A stretch of DNA of 63,856 bases from Eledone cirrhosa (Eukaryota). Position 1 is the first letter of the stretch, and each line of letters opens with the position of its first letter. Under the pieces are notes generated by a model. That model ran no database searches and had not been told where the DNA came from. It worked only from the letters and a program-made list of their open reading frames with translations. The stretch covers positions 28,458,001 through 28,521,856 of the forward strand of contig OZ024761.1 in the NCBI GenBank assembly GCA_964016885.1, written 5' to 3'. Of the stretch, positions 57,044 through 63,856 are shown in pieces. The translations under genes were made by a program, and so were the position numbers.

Positions 57044-58504
57044 GGTAAAGGCGATGCACTAGATAGAGGAAACTATAGAGGTATAAAGTTGATGGACCAG
57101 GTCATGAAAGTAACAGAAAGAGTTATAGCACAGCTGATTAGGGACCGGGTGAATATAGACGAGATGCAATTTGGGTTTGTTCCAGGGAAAGGCACCACTG
57201 ATGCGCTCTTCCTTGTGAGGCAATTACAGGAAAAGTACCTAGCTAAAAGTAAGCCACTCTACTTGGCATTTGTCGACCTTGAGAAAGCCTTTGACAGAGT
57301 TCCACGTGCAGTAATCTGGTGGGCTCTTAGAAAACTAGGAGTAGATGAATGGCTTGTGAAAGCGGTACAAGCCATGTATAGGGGAGCAGTCAGCAAAGTT
57401 AGGATTGGCAATGAGTATAGCGAGGAATTTAGCGTACAGGTTGGGGTCCACCAGGGCTCTGTTCTTAGCCCTCTCCTGTTCATCATAGTCCTGCAGGCAA
57501 TAACGGAGGAGTTTAAGACCGGATGCCCATGGGAACTCCTGTATGCTGATGACCTCGCACTCATAGCTGAATCTATGGTAGAACTAGAGAATAAATTCCA
57601 AACCTGGAAGCAGGGACTAGAGAGAAAGGGCCTCAAAGTCAACATGACAAAGACTAAGGTCCTTATAAGTAGACGAGAAAACAGAACCCAGATCCCCTCA
57701 GGGAAATGGCCTTGCTCAGTATGTAGGAAAGGTGTAGGTAGGAACTCCATTCTTTGCCCCAAATGCAAACAATGGGTACACAAGAGATGTAGCGGGATCT
57801 CAGGAAGCTTAATTAAGAATGTAGGATTCACATGCAGCAGCTGTGCTGAAACAGCAAGCAAACAGCCACAGGAAACAAGTACCACCAATCTCTGGGAGGG
57901 CCCTGTAGAAACAGTAGACAGCTTCTGCTACCTAGGTGACCGAATTAGCAACGGAGGTGGGTGCTCAGAAAGTACAATAACTAGGGTAAGAACGGGATGG
58001 AAGAAGTTTAGGGAACTACTACCACTGCTAGCTGCAAAAGGCTTCTCCCTCAGAATGAAAGGCAGACTGTATGATGCGTGTATCCGAACAGCGATGTTGC
58101 ATGGTAGTGAGACCTGGGCGCTGAAGGTGGAAGACTTACGTAGATTAGAGAGAAACGAAGCCTGCATGCTCCGATGGATGTGTAACAGTAATATACGTGA
58201 ACGACAAAGCATAAATGAATTGAGAGAGAGACTGAGCATAAGAGGAATCAAATGCTGCGTGCAGGAGAGGCGGTTACGCTGGTATGGACATGTGATGCGT
58301 ATGAAGGATGACAGCTGCATAAAAAGGTGCAGAGCACTAGAAGTTGATGGAAACCGCGGAGTGGGGAGACCCAAGATGACTTGGGATGAGGTGATAAAAG
58401 CCGACCTTACCCAACTACACCTCTCAAAGTCAATGACACACGACCGTGACTTCTGGCGTCACGCAGTAATACAGGGTACCCGACCTCCCATGGGTACATG
58501 CTGA
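57044..58504 (+). CDS. RTE-clade LINE ORF remnant: reverse transcriptase + PHD-like finger + C-terminus (5'-truncated, no endonuclease domain)
   Basis: Open frame from GKGDALDRGNYRGIKL; QFGF, FVDLEKAFD, GVHQGSVLSPLLF, YADD, C4HC3 finger, [22 protein letters not shown]. Confidence 0.96.
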   Translation, partial: GKGDALDRGNYRGIKLMDQVMKVTERVIAQLIRDRVNIDEMQFGFVPGKGTTDALFLVRQLQEKYLAKSKPLYLAFVDLEKAFDRVPRAVIWWALRKLGVDEWLVKAVQAMYRGAVSKVRIGNEYSEEFSVQVGVHQGSVLSPLLFIIVLQAITEEFKTGCPWELLYADDLALIAESMVELENKFQTWKQGLERKGLKVNMTKTKVLISRRENRTQIPSGKWPCSVCRKGVGRNSILCPKCKQWVHKRCSGISGSLIKNVGFTCSSCAETASKQPQETSTTNLWEGPVETVDSFCYLGDRISNGGGCSESTITRVRTGWKKFRELLPLLAAKGFSLRMKGRLYDACIRTAMLHGSETWALKVEDLRRLERNEACMLRWMCNSNIRERQSINELRERLSIRGIKCCVQERRLRWYGHVMRMKDDSCIKRCRALEVDGNRGVGRPKMTWDEVIKADLTQLHLSKSMTHDRDFWRHAVIQGTRPPMGTC

Positions 58505-58810
58505 AGCATATAAACAATATGCCCCCCCCCCCCCACCGCAAGGTGGTCGTGGAGGTGCCACGGCAAAAAAGCACCCAGCCCACACTGTAAAGTGGACGTG
58601 TAGGCGCCACGAAAAAGCACCCAGCACTCACTGTAAATGAGGTTGGTGTTAGGAAGGGCATCCAGCTGTAGAAATCAAGCCAGATCAGTTCCTGTATGAG
58701 CAAGGCATGGTCAGCCGACCAGACACTGCCCACAACAGGACAACCCGTCTAACCCATGCTAGCGTGGAAGAACGGACGTAAAACGGTGATGATGATGATG
58801 ATGATGATGA
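57044..58810 (+). mobile_element. RTE family B LINE, 5'-truncated, with ~300-bp 3' UTR and (GAT)n tail
   Basis: ORF above; starts abruptly after (TA)n; 3' UTR has a duplicated AAAAAGCACCCAGC.C.CACTGTAAA unit. Confidence 0.95.
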
Positions 58811-58882
58811 TATATGTGTGTGAAGTAATTCCGTCGGAAAAGTCCAGGAAAAAAGAGTGCTCTATGTAGGTAACAGAGCTTA

Positions 58883-59108
58883 ATAGTTATGTAATAAACA
58901 ACATAAGGCAATTATTCCATTTACCAGTGGTTTCTTAAAAGCAAAAGATTTTGCTTTCAATCCTCAGAATGAAAAAACCTGGTCTGTTTATTGAATTTGG
59001 ATTTCAATAAACAGACCAGGTTTTTTCATTCTGAGGATTGAAAGCAAAATCTTTTGCTTTTAAGAAACCACTGGTAAATGGAATAATTGCCTTATGTTGT
59101 TTATTACA

Positions 59109-59115
<7 letters not shown>
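58883..59115. repeat. Perfect palindrome (~113-bp arms, ~7-nt spacer) carrying two head-to-head hammerheads
   Basis: Arms are exact reverse complements by eye. Confidence 0.95.
59025..59082 (+). ncRNA. Hammerhead ribozyme (mirror copy at 58916-58973 on minus)
   Basis: TTCATT-CTGAGGA-TTGAAAGCAAAA-TC-TTTTGCTTTTAA-GAAA-CC-ACT-GG-TA-AATGGA; all three stems pair; GUA triplet, predicted cut after 59076; U-A rather than G-C at 10.1-11.1. Confidence 0.78.
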
Positions 59116-59145
<30 letters not shown>

Positions 59146-59247
59146 TTGTGTATATATATATACATATATCTTTTATACTTGAATTATTATAGCTCTGGAC
59201 AAAGTCTATTGAACTGGTTTATTGACAAGCACAAAAATCAAACAGTA

Positions 59248-59423
59248 GAGAAAGACCATGAAAAACATGGGTGGAGGTGGTGAGAGCTGATCTCAGATCA
59301 CTGAAGCTCATGGAGGAGATGATGAAGGTCCGTGACGAATGGAAAGATGCTGTGCGGAATAGGACCTGTTCCACCCTTGCAAGCAGGGAAAAGCGGACGT
59401 AAAGTGATGATGGTGATGATGAT
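59248..59423 (+). mobile_element. RTE family A short 3' fragment
   Basis: KTWVEVVRADLRSLKL...RDEWKDAV plus tail matching 5662-5830 (minus). Confidence 0.88.
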
Positions 59424-59651
59424 TTGTTATGTTTACATTCCTCATGTTTGTATATATATATTTATATTTATTTAATATGATTTTTCGCTCTGCTTATAAT
59501 ACAATTGTTAAACTATCTGTTTTTCTATCTACTCGCATGGCTCACTAGTCACACAATCTATATGTATTGAGCAGACTAACCTTCTCTCTATTGACTTGTA
59601 ATATGCATAACTAATCACTTTTCTCTTCTCCTGATTAGCTTACTTGCATTT

Positions 59652-59685
<34 letters not shown>

Positions 59686-60353
59686 TGTTGGCTTCTTGCT
59701 CACATTAATTTCTCTATTTTCATTTATATTTATACTGGGAATTTTTCCTAGAGTGCTTAAAATTATTTGTGACTAATCCCGGTCTTTTAAAAAAAAAAAC
59801 CGCAATAATATTGCTATTTTGCTGAACTCCTTACATTTTATAGAGTTTTTTTGGAATGTTTTTGACTGCTGTTTCTTGTAAATAGACATTCGTCTTATTC
59901 TGACGTCACCAACCATGTCTCTCCATGTGTGTTTATTTTCATAATTCCGCACGAGGTGAACTAGCCTGCTTTTAAATTCCCTTTTTTGCATATTTTGGCA
60001 GTGAGATTTTTGGTTATTGCGTTGAGCTCTACTGAGGAATGACTCCAACCGTGACTAATCCCACTGAAAGGTTTCGTGAAATAGTCTTTTTAAGACTATA
60101 TAGAGCATTTGTAGTTTTTCCAAATTGAAGGATGAGTATTTAAACTTTATTTTATTCTGAGTTAAGACTCTATTGGGTTTTTTCCCTGGATTTCACAAAA
60201 TCTGTGGATAAAATCTCTGTCTTGATTTTTTCTTAATTGAGTTTGAATTATTTTCCCATATCTTACGTTAATTATTTTCCATGTTGACGTTATAGTCACT
60301 TATATATTATGAAATACTGTTGGCTTCTTGCTCACATTAATTTCTCTATTTTC

Positions 60354-60406
<53 letters not shown>

Positions 60407-60564
60407 AAGGAAATGTGGTAAGGAACCAGGTGGACCATAACGCACCAAAGTACTCAATACTTAGGGTAGTAGAGTGGGTAATATATATAAATAAATGTTT
60501 CTCCAAATTTAAACAAATGTTGCCTATTTTTTTCTGATATCTTGTTCATATTATATATGTATAT

Positions 60565-60950
60565 ATCATCATCATCATCATTTCATTTTACGTCCGCTTT
60601 TCCCTACTTGCAAGGGTGGGACGGGAACTGATTCTGGCTTGATTTCTACAGCTGGATGCCCTTCCTAACACCAACCTCATTTACAGTTAGTGCTGGGTGC
60701 TTTTTTCCGTGGCGCCTACACATCCACTTTACAGTGTGGGCTGGGCGCTTTTTTGCCGTGCCACCTCCACGATCACTTCGCAGTGGAATGATAGGGACCC
60801 CAGTCCCTATCATCTCATTTCTACAGCTGAGTAAACTGGTGCAATGTGAAATAAAGCGTCTTGTTCAAGGAAACAACACGTCACCCGGTCTGAGAATTTA
60901 ACTCACAACCTTTCGATTGCAAGGCTCTAACTACTAAGCCATGTACCTCC
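60565..60950 (-). mobile_element. SINE family A copy retaining both RTE-B 3' UTR repeat units
   Basis: Reverse complement of 35-372 with an extra CCCAGCCCACACTGTAAAGTGGA.GTGTAGGCGCCAC unit as at 58573-58610. Confidence 0.88.
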
Positions 60951-60963
60951 ATATATATATATA

Positions 60964-61351
60964 AAATAATTGGTGAGTGAAATTACAGTGTAACAGATGT
61001 TTAGTTGCATGACATATGTTTCATGCTTTTTTTCAACAACGCAATGCCAATTACAATTACATAACACATTCTACTATTAGTTCTAGAATGGATATAATAG
61101 CAATGTTCGTACAAACATCTGATTTAGCAAATTATATCTGAGTCAAGGCCACATGATTACATTATAGTGGATTATGTTATGTAATTGAAATTAGCTCTGA
61201 GCCATTCAGTATATGAAACATCTGTCATGCAAATAAGTATGCGTTAAACTGTAATTGGCTTTGAGCTGTTTAAACAAAAAGTGTAGAGGTTGGCCAAGTG
61301 TCATGTGAATAAATATCTGTTAAACTATAATTTTCACTCCCCAATTATTTG
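60964..61351. repeat. Diverged nested inverted repeat with hammerhead-like 3' halves (GAAACATATGTC minus, GAAACATCTGTC plus)
   Basis: AAATAATTGG.GAGTGAAA.TTA.AGT.TAACAGAT vs its reverse complement at 61315-61351. Confidence 0.6.
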
Positions 61352-61536
61352 ATAAACATACGCTGTGGTCTATGTTGATAACAAACGGGTGCTAGTACGA
61401 ACTCCTACAAATGTTCATGCTAAATATGTATGGAGTGTTAAACATAAAAATATCACCGTTTATTACTTAACAACCAGAAGAAAAAAATGCTCTCTATATA
61501 TATACACACATATAAAATATATAATCTCTCTCTCCC

Positions 61537-61558
<22 letters not shown>

Positions 61559-61567
<9 letters not shown>

Positions 61568-62093
61568 GAGTTAAACAAGATTCAATGAGTACATCAAAGA
61601 ATGAGTTTTACAGTAGATTGGAAGCACTCTACAGTAAAATATTTTCCTGAGTTATTAATATTAAATTCAAATATTAACAAAATAGATGTTCTTGTGATCA
61701 ATTAAATTTTATTATACATATTTCAGAGGTACTTGAATCAGGTACAACAGTACGTCCTCATCAGATAAAATAAAATGATACATGACATACCCTGACATGT
61801 TAGATGGTTAAGATTTAATCAAGGTAGTGATTAAATCTTAGCCATCTAACATGTCAGGGTATGTCATGTATCATTTTATTTTATCTGATGAGGACGTACT
61901 GTTGTACCTGATTCAAGTACCTCTGAAATATGTATAATAAAATTTAATTGATCACAAGAACATCTATTTTGTTAATATTTGAATTTAATATTAATAACTC
62001 TGGAAAATATTTTTTTACTGTAGAGTGCTTCCAATCTACTGTAAAACTCATTCTTTGATGTATTCATTGAATCTTGTTTAACTCTTTAATATA
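61559..62093. repeat. Near-perfect 535-bp palindrome (~263-bp arms, 6-nt spacer AGGTAG at 61822-61827) with a hammerhead in each arm
   Basis: Right arm 61879-61942: TTTTAT-CTGATGA-GGACGTAC...GTACCTCT-GAAATATGTATA-ATAAAA; mirror at 61707-61770; only a handful of arm mismatches; flanked by TA-rich sequence. Confidence 0.93.
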
Positions 62094-62177
62094 GACATAT
62101 ATATATATATACTAGTAGAACACTGGAGGGTTATATCCATAGTAGTAGAGCACTCAGTCCATGGGACGAGTTTGGTT

Positions 62178-62212
62178 AGCTGAAGATCCGCATATGGTGA
62201 AACATTTGTTCT
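62178..62212 (+). ncRNA. Degenerate hammerhead motif
   Basis: AG-CTGAAGA-TCCG-CATA-TGGT-GAAAC-ATTT-GTT-CT; weak stem I. Confidence 0.4.
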
Positions 62213-62277
62213 CGGTATGGTGAACTAACTGTTGTGGAACTACTTTTATATATATATATGTGTGTGTATGCATATAT

Positions 62278-62621
62278 ATCATCATCATCATCATTTCATT
62301 TTACGTCCGCTTTTCCCCTGCTTGCAAGGGTGGGACGGGAACTGATGCTGGCTTGATTTCTACAGCTGGATGCCCTTTCTAACACCAACCTCATTTACAG
62401 TGAGTGCTGGGTGCTTTTTTTGCCGTGGCACCTCCACGACCTCTTTGGAGTGGAATGATAGGGACCCCAGTCCCTATCATCTCATTTCTACAGCTGAGTA
62501 AACTGGAGCAATGTGAAATAAAGTGTCTTGCTCAAGGAAACAACACATCACCTGGTCTAAGAATTGAACTCACAACCTTTCGATTGAAAGGCCAATGCTC
62601 TAACCACTAAACATGTGCCTC
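62278..62621 (-). mobile_element. SINE family A copy
   Basis: Reverse complement of 35-372. Confidence 0.88.
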
Positions 62622-62696
62622 ATCTGTTGTATTTTTATACTTTACACACACACATATATATATGTGTGTGTGTAAAGTATATATATGTATATATAT

Positions 62697-62765
<69 letters not shown>

Positions 62766-63711
62766 AATACACACATACATATATATATGTGTGTGTGTGT
62801 AAAGTATAAAAATACAACAGATGATGAGGTTCGATGAAGATATATATTAGTTTCACACTTAATATAATAGGAGTAGTCTTATATATATAGTTTAGGTGAT
62901 TCAGTAAATTACTGGTGGTGGTATCGATAGACTTTGACAAGCTGATATATAAAACAGTTGATGCAGGATATTGGGAGTTGAATTGTCTGAAAATATACAT
63001 CGGATTAGCGGTTGTTTTAGGTGTGCTCATTTACAAATTAACAAAACACGTTTCAGTTACATAATAAATTCGATTGAGAAATTGGTGTAGTCATGTCATT
63101 TATTAATTTATATATATGATGGCTGCAGACTCTGTTAAGAGTATTGTAATCGCTTGTCAGATTACAGAAAATGGTGTACTTTTAGGCTACGGTCAACCAC
63201 ATGAACTTGTAACAGATCCTGACCAGGCAATGCCTGTGCTTTGAAGGGTTTTTTTTAAGTGAGGAAAGGCCTTGCACTCGACCAATCCAACTCTCTGAGC
63301 ATCGAAAACATTACCCAAAAAGGAGAGCTGGTCAACATCATTGAAGGCTTCGGAAGCCGCAGGTTTTTTTTTCTTTTCATAGTTTCCCTCTCTTAGAAAG
63401 GTGTTGTGAAAACAACTGGGGGCCTTTCACTTCCAGGCAAAAAAAAAAAAAGTACTATTTGGATAGCTGTTGACTACATATATATAAATATATAGATATA
63501 ATTGAATGGTTAGTACACTTTCCATCCATAGTTAATATGTTCATCACACTGGTGGTTTTAACTCCCTCATGATTGAACACATATGTACTCTCTATATGCT
63601 GATTTATAAAAAGCCTGGAATCTGTTCCTTGAGCTCATTGAATTATAGGGGATGATGTGAGCCTTTAACTCTACTAATTATTTTGATATATATATATATA
63701 TATATATATAG

Positions 63712-63856
63712 GGTGGGTAAAATTCCCAAGATCCATGGACGAGTTCTCTCCAGCGGTCTCTGTCCTTCATCATCACTGCTACGTTCTGTGTCTCCAGGAG
63801 ACCAGTGTCTGTCTTTAGGGCATCAACATATGTCAACCTCGGTCTCGCTCATCTAG
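63712..63856 (-). mobile_element. RTE-like LINE C-terminal fragment (fourth family), runs off the window end
   Basis: Minus-strand translation ARPRLTYVDALKTDTGLLETQNVAVMMKDRDRWRELV resembles the RTE C-terminus GRP..T..D....D.......M.DR..WR. Confidence 0.7.

Noticed and set aside
57259-58374. Antisense ORFs over the RTE elements (also 5629-6570)
   Set aside because: Shadow frames of the RT coding strand.
59773-60048. 91-aa minus-strand ORF bounded by GTGACTAATCCC direct repeats
   Set aside because: No recognisable motif; probably a repeat relic; cannot be assigned without a search.

Overview
Eukaryotic, AT-rich, microsatellite-saturated intronic or intergenic DNA. The repeat repertoire suggests a coleoid cephalopod such as Octopus, but that is inference from repeat style only. 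No host protein-coding gene could be supported, and almost all ORFs in the track are translations of (TA)n/(CA)n/(CAC)n repeats. Real coding remnants are all retrotransposon-derived: several RTE-clade LINE fragments (one with an uninterrupted 487-codon RT plus PHD-like finger frame at 57044-58504), a CR1-like 3' fragment with a clean 27-bp internal micro-inversion, and an L1/Tx1-like C-terminal fragment. There are two abundant tRNA-derived SINE families (one a chimera of two different RTE tails), hAT- and piggyBac-type MITEs, Helitron-like pieces and several minisatellites, two with higher-order structure. The most notable signal is about a dozen minimal hammerhead-ribozyme motifs (CUGANGA...GAAA...UH) from several unrelated sequence families. 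Many sit as head-to-head pairs inside ORF-less 90-530 bp palindromes embedded in (TA)n tracts, most likely Penelope-like element pLTR relics or non-autonomous derivatives. Coordinates were read by eye and repeat boundaries may be off by a few bases.
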